DNA of 64,000 nt, from NCBI RefSeq assembly GCF_008831285.2, contig NC_045138.2, positions 27,404,001 through 27,468,000 on the forward strand. The letters run 5' to 3'. Both the position numbers and the translations under genes were made by a program. Shown here piece by piece: positions 1-13,453 of this stretch. Numbering within the stretch: the first letter of the stretch is position 1; every line of letters starts with the position of its first letter. This DNA comes from Nymphaea colorata (Eukaryota). The notes under the pieces are model-generated. The model did no database searches. It was not told where the DNA came from and worked only from the letters and a program-made list of their open reading frames with translations.

Positions 1-706
1 ATCTATGTGTATGGCTTCACCCAGTGACATAAAAGGACTAAACCCAGTGCAACGTCCTTCAGTCCAACCTAGCCCAGACGGGATAAGGCGGAGGGACGGA
101 ACTCATGAACACCATCTAAGAAATTGGTGATCAATGGTCTAGACCCACCGTCACCTGCTATTGTTATTTGCTCGGTTGACAAAAGCAAAATATTTTCCGA
201 GTGACCGGACAGCATCATCAAGCCAACCGCAGTTACTGCCACTTCTGCCATACTTCAACCATGCACTGCAGATGGCAACAATGCATCGGTGGCTTCACTT
301 GTCTGGTTCAGCTGTGTCCTCCATGGTCACTAACCAGCACATATCATGATCAGCAATACAATCATAACATACTGTGCATTATAAATCCAAAACCAACTAA
401 AAAATTGAGCCTGGAAGCCCTATGGCAAATGGAACAGTTTGTGAGTTAGATTCTATGACACCTAGTTTTATTTTTTCACTAATTTGGGCTAATTCATAGA
501 ACATAGAACACTCTGTGAGTGTTCAATGTTCCAACTGCCAAACGATCCCTTAAACTCAGCTTGGAAAATTTCTAAACACCAAGTCCCTATTAGTGCCTGC
601 CACTACATGTTTGTGCAAACCAAGCAGAGCACCGTTAGGGATCTTGACCCACGTTGATGCGAATTACTCCATTTTCGATCTTTTACTGTAAGATAGGATC
701 TTTTAC

Positions 707-1818
707 CTTCTTGGACGTCTTCTTTTCCCTGACCTCATAGCGCTCATGATTTAGTTCGCACAGCCAGGAGCCAGGGCTTACCAACTGCAACCACCGCATA
801 AATAACAGAACAGTTAACTGGGTGAGGCAACTAGTTCAGAAAAATCTGGAAAAGTCGGAAACAAGACACCAGAATCAAACATCATGACCATAGCAATTAA
901 GGAACCGGCCAAGATTCACGTGGTTGGTAACTTTGTACTTGGCATTTGGAACGCTTGTCCAAAAGATGCCTCTTGTTAAAAGTCCCAACTCCTCCCATCA
1001 CAGAAATTTAAAAATTAAAAAAAAAAAACAATAACTTGAGAAAGGGGAAAGTGCTATGACCAAGCCAGAGAAAGACCAGAGGCTTACGTTTAGGGTTCTC
1101 TGAAGAAACTTGGACCGCTTCTTGGGGCGCTGTGGGAGCTTGGACCCCTTCATTAACATGAAATCTTCCTCCTTTTCCTTGCAATTGAGGGCGATGATGA
1201 ATTTTGGCCACACCACAGGTTGGCTTTTATGGTTGCTTTGATGGCCGTTCTCGTGACTGCCATTGTTGACGAGGCCGTTGGCCTTATGGTTGGGCTGCTT
1301 CTTCTCGGTCACCATCGTCTCCGATGATGCCAAGACCCCATTCCTGCCACTCCCCACTTTTGCTTGATGGTGATTTTGCCTGTCGGTCTTCTCCGTAGAA
1401 GAAAAATGGTCGTTGTTTAGGCTTCTTAATCCAAACAAGAATGGCTCCGAGTTCCTGAGAGACCATGAAGAAAATTGGAGCACAAGATAAAGGCATTAGA
1501 AACCCAAAGCAGTAAGAGAGAGAGAGAGGGAGAGAGAGACAGAGAGAGAAAGAAAGAGAGAGAGAGAGAGAGGATTAAATACCTAAGGACACGATGGGAG
1601 GGAGGATGCTGAAAGCCAGCCGACGACGAAAGAAGCGAGGACCCTTTGTCGGCTGCAGCGCTGCGTCTCTCCGCCCTGATCATCGTCCTATCGTCGGCCT
1701 CATCCTTCACCTGCACTTTGACGCACCTCAGACGTTTTGTGTTCCCCCACTGCAAGAAATGGTCAGGCTCCGGCGGTCGACATCCTCTGTTGTTCTCGAC
1801 CTCCTTTTCCATTGCCAT
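707..1818 (-). CDS. DUF1639 family protein, 3'-partial (final exon lies left of the window)
   Basis: Exons 1818-1583, 1454-1088 and 784-707 join in frame at GT-AG sites. Motifs LQWGNTKRLRC, WPKFIIALNCKEKEEDFMLMKGSKLPQRPKKR and LVSPGSWLCELNHERYEVREKK are typical of plant DUF1639 proteins. No stop codon is reached before the donor at 706. Confidence 0.9.
1515..1572. repeat. (AG)n microsatellite in DUF1639 intron 1
   Basis: Imperfect GA run just inside the donor at 1582. A second GA run lies at about 2172-2212. Confidence 0.9.
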
Positions 1819-2180
1819 CGGAACCTTTCCAAAATTTTCCTGCAACCAAGAACCAAATGTGAAAAAAGAAAAGCCAGAAAGAAGAAACCCAAATCCCGCA
1901 CCAGACAAGGAAGCATACCAGAATTTAAAACTGATACTGCTGGCCCTTTCTTCCGTCAATCGTTCTGTTAATATCGAATCTCAGGAAGGACGGAGGAAAA
2001 AAAGACGCCGTCGATTACAGGCACTTCAGACCCACTCTGAGAATGCAGAAACCCGAAAAGAAACGGAAATTTCAAAAGGATTTCACCTTCTGCATAACGA
2101 AATCACAGATAAGCCAAACGGCGAATGAAAGTAAACGCCGATGAGGAGAAGGCATAAGGCAGAAGAAGCAAAGAGAGAGG

Positions 2181-2214
<34 letters not shown>

Positions 2215-4135
2215 CTGCCTCTCTTTTTCCGTTTTACTCCTTTTATTCTTCCCCTCAAAACAAAGGAGGCACCATTTCTTTCAATAAATGGAGGGGGTGA
2301 TCCCCCCAGCCCGATTTCGATCGGAAACAAGGGAAACAACAAGGCATCCTTCAATTCCCATTTTACCCCTACACTTCTCTCTAATGACCGAATTAACCCG
2401 CTTCTTACCTCCACTTATATATCCACCGTCAATTGAAAGATAGACGGCCAAGATGCGATTGTTCGCCGCCTCACACATGGCCAGTAAGGATCTCCACAGA
2501 ACGCACCGTGACGGCCACCAGCCGGGTTGCTGGCCGAGCCAAATTTTCAGCAAGTCAACAAAATGACGAGACCACCCTCTATCAATCCGTCGAATTCCGT
2601 CCCTCTTCGCAGGACCTACCTAATCGTCCCCATCGCTCCCTGGCCATCTAGGGTTTTCGAGGAGGAAGGGAGAGGCTTCGGGGGAAAAGCAAGCCCCAAT
2701 TTCTCATCATCAGCTCGCGAAGACCGATCTGCTGCAGCCGTCGATTGCCTCCGGCCGTCCGGTACGAGAAGGTCATCGGAGACCCGAGGTCGTCTTCCTG
2801 TACGTCCGACCGGCCGGCAACCTCCTGCCCGCAAGAAACCCTAGCTCAACATCGTAGATCTGCAGATCAACCACGTTTCGAAATGCCTATCGCCTCCATC
2901 CGCCGGACTCCAGGCAGATCCGTCCCTAAAGGTCGTGAAGCTGCCGTCTGCTTTCCTTCCTTCCGATCCGCCGGACGGCCGATCGGTGCTCCGGTGAAGG
3001 TGGACAGCGCCTGGGAGAGGGAAGGGCGCGCCTTCTGGGGCCATGGACGAACCTGACACTGTTGACTTTTTTTTCACCCTTTTTTCATGAATTCCAAATC
3101 TGTGGGCGAGCAATAATGCTTGGTCACTTGCGGTGAAGGACCAGTAGAGGAGCGAACTCGTGAGGGCCGCACTCATGTAGCTCGGATGTGGCAACAGTCT
3201 GATCGTCCAGCTCCCGATGTGCTGCGAGGTAACGGGGAACAACGGGTCGTGGAATGCCAGACCCGAAACCCTTAATGAATGAAAAATTAAATGCTAAATT
3301 AATGAAAACATTATCAATCGCCTAACGTAATTCATTTTATCGTTAAAAATGTTTTCTTTATGAAACGTAACCTCATTAATTTATGTACAAAAAATGTGTC
3401 CACCTGAATAGTTGAATTGAATTTTTTACTTTTTAAGGCTTGAGGCGTGACCTTCCACGCTTTATATGATTGAATCATGGGAATTTTTATATGTAAAGTG
3501 GTGCGGTTCGGTATTAAATATCTGAGCAAAAAATATCTCAAGAGTGTACTGAACGAGTGAAACACAGCAAACACGAGTAAAGTTCTCCTACCATGATCCC
3601 TTAAACAGCCAAATCTGAAAATAAAATAAAAAATCAGAGGTTCGAGTATTTACCTGGCAGCTTTCTTATCAACATTAAATGCCCCCGAATAAATTTTATA
3701 CGCCATCAAAATCTCAAGTAAATCAGAGTCACCATTCCCTTTATGTTAATGGATCGAATGATCCTCATGTCATGACATAAGGGTGACTCTTCATTGTTCT
3801 TTCACTCACTATATGTATCCATCTATAATGGAACCAGTACTTGTTGGCTGGGGTGGGCCACTGCCCACACCAATCAATCAAAAATATCGTTCTTTTGTGT
3901 TAACTTTTCATTGTTATGACTCTAAAATTTTATGCAAGTTCTCCATTGATGAAAAATCTTGGCTTCACCGCTGAATGAAACCCCCATGGATTTTACGGCC
4001 GATGAAAAGTGAGGAACTGCCAAGGGCTCTCTTTCGCCATACCTGACATAGGGTAAATAAAATAAAAAATATATAGGGTCGTCCATCTTGTTGAACTTCT
4101 TTAAATATTTGTTTTGTGATGTGTATATTTGTTTT

Positions 4136-4138
<3 letters not shown>

Positions 4139-4205
<67 letters not shown>
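4139..4205. repeat. (AT)n microsatellite
   Basis: Long perfect AT run, which explains the YIYIYI pseudo-ORF. Confidence 0.95.
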
Positions 4206-4206
<1 letters not shown>

Positions 4207-4577
4207 TCCTTTGGATATGAAAATCTGTGAAGAAAATTTTTGGACTTGGACCAACATTTGAGAAATGTTAAAGAGGAGGTGGAGGTTTAGTTGAAAGGTG
4301 TTTTATAATGGTGCTATACAAATTTTAGTTAGCCAGTTTCCTGGCTAACAAGGGACTCATTTTATTATGGGAGTGGTTTTATTTCTTTGTAAGAAGTCAT
4401 TTTTTAAATGTCGCTTTTATCCTGATAGAAGAGGGTCTTCTTTTTTACCTTAAAAGAGTATTTTTGTCATTTCCAATCCTCCTCAACCTAACATACAACT
4501 TGCTTTGAATTTTATGGGGTCACAAGACATTCTTAGCAAATTTTACGCCAGTTATGTGGCCAATTACACTTATATAT

Positions 4578-4770
4578 TAGGCCTGGTATCCGGCTGGCTC
4601 GGCTCAGTAAAAATAAATAAAAAAATAAAAAATAAAATATATTTTTAATAATAAAATATACATCATTACTAAATAAAACTAAAAAAAGTTAATCGGACCG
4701 ATCTGGGCTGGCCCAATATTTTATTGAGCCAGCCCGGGCTGGTCTTTTCGGGAGCCGATGCCCAAGCTTA
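4578..4770. mobile_element. hAT-type MITE (family A: GC-rich CCGG/GGCC ends, AT-rich core)
   Basis: Imperfect TIRs TAGGCCTGGTATC / GATGCCCAAGCTTA. Perfect 8-bp TSD TTATATAT at 4570-4577 and 4771-4778. Confidence 0.85.
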
Positions 4771-4778
4771 TTATATAT

Positions 4779-4974
4779 AAGGCAGAGATATTTGGGGTTT
4801 CTGTGGGGTGTGTTCTCCATGAAACCTACTTGCAATTTTAATTTAGTATATGGATTTGGGTAGACCTATGCCCAGTTATATGGACCAACTTCACGAGACT
4901 CGTGTCATTGCCCTATCTTAAGACCTGAGCATTAACTATATATTTAGTGCCCGACTTCTTGGATCCGCTCCTTG
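4779..4974. mobile_element. Small non-autonomous DNA element (family B), uninterrupted copy
   Basis: Starts AAGGCAGAGATA and ends TGGATCCGCTCCTTG. Collinear with the interrupted copy at about 36956-37890 (shared GGCAGAGATA, AGACCTATG, CTATCTTA, ATTTAGTG blocks). Confidence 0.6.
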
Positions 4975-6562
4975 TTATGTAACACATGAAATTGGATTTT
5001 CCTGAAAAATAATCCTTAAAATCTAGTATCAGTCATAATCCCAGTCTTCTTGATGTATTTGGATTTTATTTATTTAGTTTATTTGATATGTGTTCATAAA
5101 AAGTCTTACGATAATGTGAAAATATTTGTTTATTGTACTTTTTTATATCCGTTAAAAAAACAAGAAAAAACCCATGGCTGCAATCAAAGGACAAAAATGT
5201 TTTTATGAAGTAGAAAAACTTAGGAAATTGAAATTAGCTTAAAAAAATGAAAATCCAGTAGGGCTTGGAATTGATATTTATATGCAGAAATTCCACTTTC
5301 CATTATTTTATGAAAAAATTGTGGTATTTGTCATTATGGGGCCAAATATACCAACAAGATATGGGCATAAAATATATAAATACAAAGTCCAAACAGGGTG
5401 GAGGCCACATAGAATACAGCCATTTTTTCTGGATTTTGATTATTGCCAATATATATATATAGCAGAGGAGAATTAGCTAGCAGAAAAATACAATGCACAA
5501 GTGGATGCTTGAGTTTTATAATGTCTCCAGTTCTGGGGAAAATTTTGCCAAAATTCCATTTCAGTACCTCCAAATTTTATCCGTTACATTATCGCCGATT
5601 TCTATTAAATCTTGCACCTAGCTAGGGGCATAGCCAGGGGTCTGGCAGATTTTGAAAAATTATAATTTATCTATTAATTTTTTTAAAAAGTATGAGTTTG
5701 GCCCTTTAAAATTTTTGAAAAAATAGTATTAGCTCCTATGAAATGTTGATACAGAACTGGTAAAAATAACATTATGTTTATTTTGAAACACAAATGAGTA
5801 AAATACATGCAAATAATAAAAACTTTACTTTTCGGATGAATCGAATCGATTTGCTCCCCATTACGTTAAAAATGCACATTTTTAGAACACTGCTTCAAAT
5901 AATTGCCCTTCTTAAACTTGCATGCACATCAAAGCAAATGCACTGTCAACTACTTTACATACATGCAGAGATACACGTAAACTATGTTAGATGTAGTCAA
6001 AGGGGTTGATGAAAAGTAGTAAACTTGAGCATTTCCTAACTTAGGTGTTCTTTTGTCATATTATAATTAACTCATCCCCATCTCAATAGTAACATACTTT
6101 ACATTGACGGGAATGTGGCTGTGATTAATAGTTTATTTGTATTACTACTAAAAGATATGGAATAATGAATCATGATTTTATGGAAATTCAAACGCCAATT
6201 CACACCTCTCTGAACTTCATTCAAGCAGCGATTGTTTGAGAAACTTCTTATAGCCAGCAGTGAATTGGAAAACATTTTTTCCATTTGCAGCGAAGAGAGG
6301 GAAAATGCAGAGAATTTACCTCAATGGGGCGTTTGATGGCCCTGGAAAAGGAATCTCTTCCATTCTTGAAACGTAGAAAAACTGTCCATACAAACACAAA
6401 AATGTTTGGAGTATTGGGTGTGACGTTAATGTAGACGTTCTGGGATTCCAGGGGATGCTCAGATATGGTCGGCTCCAAAACGCTGCTGATTTATGCTTGT
6501 GGTCCAACGCCTACCAGTAGAAGTGGTCACCGTTCTGTAAGAAGGCGATGCCTGTATTTTTT

Positions 6563-6778
6563 CAGTGTTGTGGATGTTTAATAGCCTATATCGACTCGTA
6601 TCGGCCGATACGTTGCATGTTGGGATCCTCGAATATCAGCGGACACCACACCCGAATCGTTATTTAGGTTGACTCAGCAGACCTTCTCTGACTCGTATCA
6701 GCCGATCCGGCCGATACACTGCGGATACCATATAATGGACTGGATCGGATGCTTTAGAACGGATAGTTTAGAACACTA
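6563..6778. mobile_element. hAT-type MITE with CGTATCGGCCGATAC-like subterminal motifs
   Basis: Termini CAGTGTT / AACACTA. Near-TSD GTATTTTT(T) vs GCATTTTT. Palindromic GTATCGGCCGATAC motif with degenerate repeats. Confidence 0.7.
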
Positions 6779-7570
6779 GCATTTTTTGCTCTCATATGTG
6801 GAAGGGGTGAACATAGTCATGACTTTTTATGATGTATAGAGAGTGGAGCATTCCGGGTAGTGGTCTTAAAAGGTTTGGAGTGATTCACGGGTCCCACTGG
6901 GACAGGAGCCCATGCCGAGATTCATGTGGTATATGCACATGATAGTTTACAAAGTTTCCGCAAAAACAAACAAAAAAGAAAAATTATTTTACGATCACAA
7001 CAGTTGCTGGAATAACCAGAAAAGCTCAAGTTTCAAAGTAACTAAGAAACATGTCACGAAAAATAGACTGTTGAATGAGAATCTTGAGATGGTTGTTAAA
7101 ATCCCATTTAGAGGGCATTTGTTACTCCCAATTTGGAATTTGAAATCCATGGATCTGATGTGCTGTGGTGACAGGACGGAAGAACAATAATAAACTTTTT
7201 GTGGGGCTCCTCTTTGTGGCGACAATAAATTGTCTTTTCAACTTCAAAAAGGTAAATATGAAATTGCCCATAAGGGTTTGGCTTTATTTGATAGAGGTTA
7301 ATATGACAGTGTAAGTTTCCGGTTTCAACTTGAGGTTGGTGTAATTTTTTCTTTTTCTAGTGGGCAGGAGGGGGGCCTCCATCAATCTGCTATCACTGAA
7401 GAGGCCCTTCCCTTTACATCAAACCATATAGGAGAACAACAATACGGACAAGAATGACACGACGTGCTTACTTACATTTTGAGCTGTACAAGAGATCCTA
7501 GTAGAACCAACTTATCTCAAGGCAATGTAAGCAATGATCCCTCAAGAATGAACCGCCGAAGATTCTTGAT

Positions 7571-10500
7571 TTATGCACTGAATCCCCTGCTAAGAGAACT
7601 CCATGGCCCTGCAGGGATTACGGTGCAAGCCTGTGCAGAGACATCTTCCATGGTTTCCTTCCTGAGTCCTGCGTTGCAGATGTTAGCAATTGAGCGCATG
7701 TGCTTCATGCCATACTGGGAAAGCGATCCACAGTGCTTCTCAAACGCCCGAACCTGCATGTCCGACAAAATAGAAGTCACAAAGCGAGAAAGGGGATGGA
7801 CCTAATAGCGCCTAACACACATAAGTGGATAATTGATTGTTTCCTTTTATTCGACTATAATTGGTGTGCCACTTGTATAGATCCAGTTCACAAGTATTTA
7901 TTCCATACGTCTTTTTGATAGGTTTAGATGTTCACAAAAGAGATGCCATCTTCTGCACTAATTGAACTGGAAACTAAGAAGCTACACAAGGAAATGACAA
8001 TCACAGGATCTCTTAAGAACTGAAGCTACATGGCTCAACCTGATTGGAAACATGTATCAGGCTATATTTCTCATTTGCAAACTAAGGGAAAAGAAGAAAA
8101 GAAACTATAGTAGCAATGTCCTTTCTGAGCAATTATATCATTTATTAAACAAAGACGGCAGAAATAGCAACCTTTCTCTGAAGAATGATATGGTTTACAA
8201 AACCACATTATACAGACAACATTGGACCATCCACTTTTTCCACCGAAGAGATGAAACCAAAAGGATAAACTTGCAGGATTCTTACATTAATTGTCATAAA
8301 TGATTTATTAAAGTGTTTGCCTAAGAATTTTCAACAAATTTTTCAGCACAAAAATTGCTGAATACGTTAAACTTACCATAGTCTTAAGGCAGTCCCAATC
8401 ATCAACTAGTGGTTGTCCAGCTGGCCTTACAGTATTGAGCACTTCTGCTCCTTTCTTAGAGCCAAAGAGAAGTTTCCCAATAAGTTCCATACTGTTGTCT
8501 ATATGCATGCGATGGGCCATCACATCAAACAACTGCTTTTGAGCATTTACTTTCTCTAAAGATCCTTCTGGCATCCTTCGATACTGGTTAGAAACAAAAA
8601 TGATGATTCAGTTGGCAAAATATTTTGATGTTTAAATAAAAATAACAGCAATATATATGTAACCAAGAGAAAGTGGATCAAAATAAAGATCAGCTAGCCA
8701 ACATCAGCAAGTTGCTACTTTCCTAGAGAATATATAAGCATGAGTTCTACCAACCTTATTCCAAAAATAAAGAAGATCAGCATCTCGTTGGTTTACAGCT
8801 GTTGAATACACTGGAAGGTTGTTTCCATTAACAAAAGATGAGTTCTCATTTGCTGGATTTGATCCCATGAACAAGAAGAGTTGCTCATTGGTGAGCTCTA
8901 AATCGCCAAATTGCATAGCATGGGAGCCCAAATTATAAGTATTATAATTTGAAGTTCTGTCTCTAACCTGCAATGATTTTAAAAATATGTGATTATTGGA
9001 AACAGAAACCCAAATATTTGAGTTTTGCAAAGCACTTGGAAAAAACATATCAGATTTTTACCAGATGATACTGCTGCTTCAATGTCTCAGTTTGCAAATT
9101 ATGAACATCACTGGGGAACACATTAAAAATGGATTACATTAACAACCACCAAAAACACATATATAATAGAAACCATTCTCAAGAGAAGAAAGAGACAAAT
9201 TACCAAAAAAAAACATGTCCTTAAAGTAGAATACAGTATGTGCAACAATCCACAGCTGTTGAAACAAAAAAAGAAGCTTCTTTTTTTTTTTCTTTTGGGA
9301 AGTTGCAAGCTTTTTGTAAGATTATAATTCTCGACTGTCAAGCCTAAGGACAACAGTCATCTTTTCATTGAGGCATGGGAAAAGTCTAAAGGGTCTACCA
9401 AGGGCTATACCTGTCTTCCATCCAAGAGACACTGTACAAGTCTCCAAGACATGTGTCAAACTCAGGAGGAGGACTAGGCAATCCACCAGGACAGTATGTT
9501 CCCCAACTGCTTTCAGTAGCATTTGCTGCTGTGGTAGCATATATGTTCAAGTCTTCAGGCAGATGACCTTCAAAAATACTTCCAGATTCGCAAGCTTCCA
9601 AATAGAAAACCTTAAAGGAAAAAGAAAAACATATTATGCCAGCCTATTGCCTACCATTCGAAAAGTTATAGAAGATGCTTGCAACATCTGAATAGATAAG
9701 TTTGTCAGTACCAAGCTTTTATATGTGCCAGCAGCATGCTTTTTCTTCAGGACATTCACAAGGTCACCAGCATAAAGGTAAGGATAAGTAGGCATCCCTG
9801 CATGAACACAGACCAAGGAGTTGAATTGATCTATCGAACAGTTTAAGCATTTACGAGGATAAAACCAATATGCAAACCTAGTGTCTTTGTCTTTTTCTTT
9901 TGGGTGCATGTATTCTAGTGGGAATATATGGTGGTCGTGATCTGAAAATTAATGGTATATCAGGGCTATATGGAATGAAAAAACATGGATATGCTCATAA
10001 TAATTTAAAGATTCAAAAGATAGCAAAGTGAAAAATCAGTGGCTCACTGTTCATTGACATAGGATGGTCTAAAAGTGCTCTTGAAGAATCGTCTTCAATT
10101 TCTTTCTAACATATGGAAAATCATGAATAGATCATGTTAAGCACAATCCAAAGGTTACTATTCCTTTTTGAGGTCATAATCATGTAAAGCAACAGTGCAC
10201 AGACTACACATTGCGGTTGTGTGGGATATCATACTAGACAATACCTGCCACACACACACACACACATGAACATTTTACCTAATTCTGACAGACTTGTATC
10301 ACTTGCAAGACTTTTAACTGCTTACCAAGCACTCCAGGTCCTCCATGATCAGAATAGAAGACAAAAATATGGTCGTTAGGACCACTGTCAACGACTTTGC
10401 CACTTCCTCCAGTAACAGCACTCTTGTTTCCAAGCAGAACAGCGAAGAAATTTTCTACAGTAACGTGATCCTTGACATAATCCTATGGCCATTGACAAGA

Positions 10501-11498
10501 ACAAAAATAAAATCATGTAAACCAGTTTCATGAAATTAAGGGAAGGAGTTCACAGATATTAGGAAAACTGAACCTTGGGGACGCCAGCATAGACATCCTG
10601 ACCGTGTGGATGATTAATGATGGTGCCAGGTCGAGGGTTTTCTTCATGATAAGCAATGTCATCATACATAAAAACAATGATGTTTTCCTCTTTTAATCCA
10701 CCCTTTATCAGGGTTTGGTATGCATGGCAAACATCAGCCTGGAGATACAAAACTTTAAATCAATCTTTGATCCGTAATACAAGTCCAAGCAAATTAGAAA
10801 TGAAAAATCCGTCTTAACCAAATTAATACTAATACAGCATGAAAAGTTCAAATTTGTGCATATGTCGCATCATTTGCATGAGACTGGCGATTCACCAGTT
10901 GACACAATAAAGGATATCAACAGACAGAAATTTTGAATAATCTAAAAATACGAGCTAACCATGTTCATTACATTATGAACAGGAAATCTGCGACTTCCCA
11001 TTTTCCTAATCACATGCATTTCGCAGAATCCATTCAGTCAGAACTGGTAGCACACTAACGTACATTAGTTATGAAGCAAATCCCTGCGATTCTCCGTTAT
11101 CAAAACCCTAAATCTTCAACAAAGACCATGGAAGAATGCCGAAAACGAAAAATGACGGAAACATAAAACTGAAAAAACAAGGGAACCGCCGTCATCAGAA
11201 ATGAAAACCCTATTTCAAGAGCCAAAAAGACAGGGATATCATATAGAAATCACCCAAAAGTTTTTGCCTTTTATCAAAAAATGGTCGGAGCTAAGGTCTC
11301 CACCTGATGCCTGTAGTTCCCGTAGCCGGAGGACCCAGCAACGAGAACAGCCCACCGCGTGCCGACAGAGTCCCCGTCAAGGGACTCGTCCGACGGCAGC
11401 CGGATTATGTCGGACCACGGGGAGTTCCCATCACCGGATGCGAGGGTAAGTACGCACACACAAAATATGGCGAGAAGCAGCTCCGCAGGGCCGGCCAT
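7571..11498 (-). CDS. VPE: Vacuolar processing enzyme / legumain (asparaginyl endopeptidase, peptidase C13), about 484 aa
   Basis: Nine exons: 11498-11304, 10738-10574, 10482-10326, 9797-9712, 9610-9411, 9110-9062, 8967-8755, 8583-8377, 7753-7571, all GT-AG and in frame (1455 nt). Signal peptide, [27 protein letters not shown], catalytic DHGG and EACESGS, C-terminal GFSA. Confidence 0.97.
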
Positions 11499-11660
11499 GC
11501 CAGTTTCCGGCGAGTCGAATTACGGTGAGGCGGTTCCCGGAAAACTGATCGGAAGAAGAGAAGGCGCAGGCTTGCCTCCTTCCGCCATTCTGGGAACTAA
11601 AAACACTTGGTGGCATAAAACTAAAGCTTCGTAATATTCACTCTGGACCGTCGATCTCAG

Positions 11661-11752
11661 TCCACGTCGGATCAGCAACATGAAAGGTTTCCTTTGTTGC
11701 TGACGTGGCGTAGAACCCAAATCTAGTGGATTAAAAGGCAAGGTGACGTGGC
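11661..11752. promoter_or_regulatory. ABRE/G-box cluster in the VPE promoter
   Basis: Two exact TGACGTGGC (11701-11709, 11744-11752) plus CCACGTC at about 11662, 160-250 bp upstream of the VPE ATG. Confidence 0.6.
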
Positions 11753-12257
11753 TTTCATCCTACGCCTTGAAACATGTTGGAAGGAAGAGAACGGATCGGG
11801 TATGAATCTTCGAGTTAAAGTAATTTCAAAGATATCATTAGATCCATTCTTCGGAACTTGAATTTTTAAATTTCACCAATATAATTTTAATATAAAAATA
11901 ATATAAAATTATGTCAATGTATTTCTTTTTTGTAACAAAAAACTATGGTGTATCTGGTTCGGACATTGCAATGTAATTTGGAAAAAGAATTGAGAACTAT
12001 TTCAATTTTTCTATAAATGCAACTGATTTTGTTCTTTCGAAAAATATGAAAAATATGTTGCTTTTTAGTTTTTATTTAAATATCGCATTGAAGAAGAAAT
12101 TCCAAACTTTTATTTTCCAGTTTTATGGGAAACTTTTGGATAAAGTAAATTTTAAATACCATCCAAAATTCCTCACAATGATACAATAATTTAGAATTGG
12201 CGTTAAATTTATGTTTTGGAGTAAGAGTAGGATGCATGTTAAAAAATTTGTTATTAG

Positions 12258-13422
12258 TGTCAAATGCCCCGAAACATAGTTAAACATAATGCACTATTAA
12301 AACTTGAAAAATTAAGTTATGTGCCTTATTACTATATCAAGAAACTTAAATATATTTATATCATGCTTATTATAATATAATTATATTAGAACGAATACGT
12401 TTGCAATTAATATTAATAAAAGACAATTAATATTACTGCTAAAACGAGTGAAAGGAAAACAGTGATTTGAACCCATTCGTTGCTGCGGCCCTTTACGATG
12501 GACAACTTGTCTCACTTTCGAACCACACACGTGGGCACCTTGGCTTGTCTCATCAAACAGCCTAAGAATAGCGGAAAGAAGAGGTCAAGATCTATAATCA
12601 CTCGGATAGAAAATCTCTCCACATTCCACTCCTTCTAACATCATACCATAGACGATAAACAATAAGTTTTTGTTATTCTTGCTCTTCTTCTTTTCCCTCA
12701 TTCTCTTCTTCCCTCCCTCGCTCTTTATCATTCTTAAGAGGCATTGAGTTGAGAGATGGCATCGCGATTAAGGTATTTTGGTTCATGCATATATTTTTCT
12801 ATGTTCTAATTATTTATGAGTCAAATTATTGGCATCTGATGTATGCCCGCATATAACATGCATGCTTGCATATGCCATTTTAGTGGGGAGTCATGTCTAT
12901 GCATGCCTTCACATGACGCATGTATGTATGTATGATGATTTCAATCTACATAACTATGTTTCGTGAAGACACTCCTTTTTTTTCCTTTTGTTGGAAAAAA
13001 TTTTGATGTTGCCCCCAACCTTTATTTTCATTTTCAAATATAGTGTTATCTATATACATCGTTTATCCGGCCTCTTCTTTCCTCAAAATATTTACAAGGA
13101 GAGGCATGCGAGTTTGAAACAGCCCCCTCATTTTGCCAACCATTTCAGTTTTGTGTTTGCATCGCCTGAATTCTTTTTTTAAATAAAGGATTTTCAGGAA
13201 GAGGCTTGCAACCACTGTTTTTCTAAAAGTTTTCTGGATATTTTGGAGTTTTCACCAAGAGTGCATGTGGCCGACACCTTAAATTGGATCCACTTATCTA
13301 AGAAATCTAATTATCGTAGCGAAAATAGATTTAGATGTATGGACCCAGCTTGTTTGAAATATACATTTTTGGTTATTGGAAATGGATTTGGATTTAAATT
13401 TAGTTTTAGCTTGCTTTGGAAT

Positions 13423-13453
<31 letters not shown>

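Noticed and set aside
47..67. Minus-strand TTGGACTGAAGG matches the first 12 nt of miR319
   Set aside because: The 3' half does not match, and no star arm or long miR319-type foldback is visible upstream in the intron.
1594..2128. Plus-strand ORFs of 125 and 160 aa
   Set aside because: They are antisense shadows of DUF1639 exon 1 and its leader, with no recognisable motifs.
3922..4257. ORFs with YIYIYI, RERERE or LSLSLS runs (also at about 21.3, 33.7 and 40.7 kb)
   Set aside because: Microsatellite translation artefacts.
11102..11112. AAAACCCTAAA here and CCCTAAACCC at 51263 as possible telomerase RNA templates
   Set aside because: No upstream USE/TATA Pol III promoter is seen. Their positions in a first intron and a ribosomal-protein promoter fit ordinary telo-boxes.
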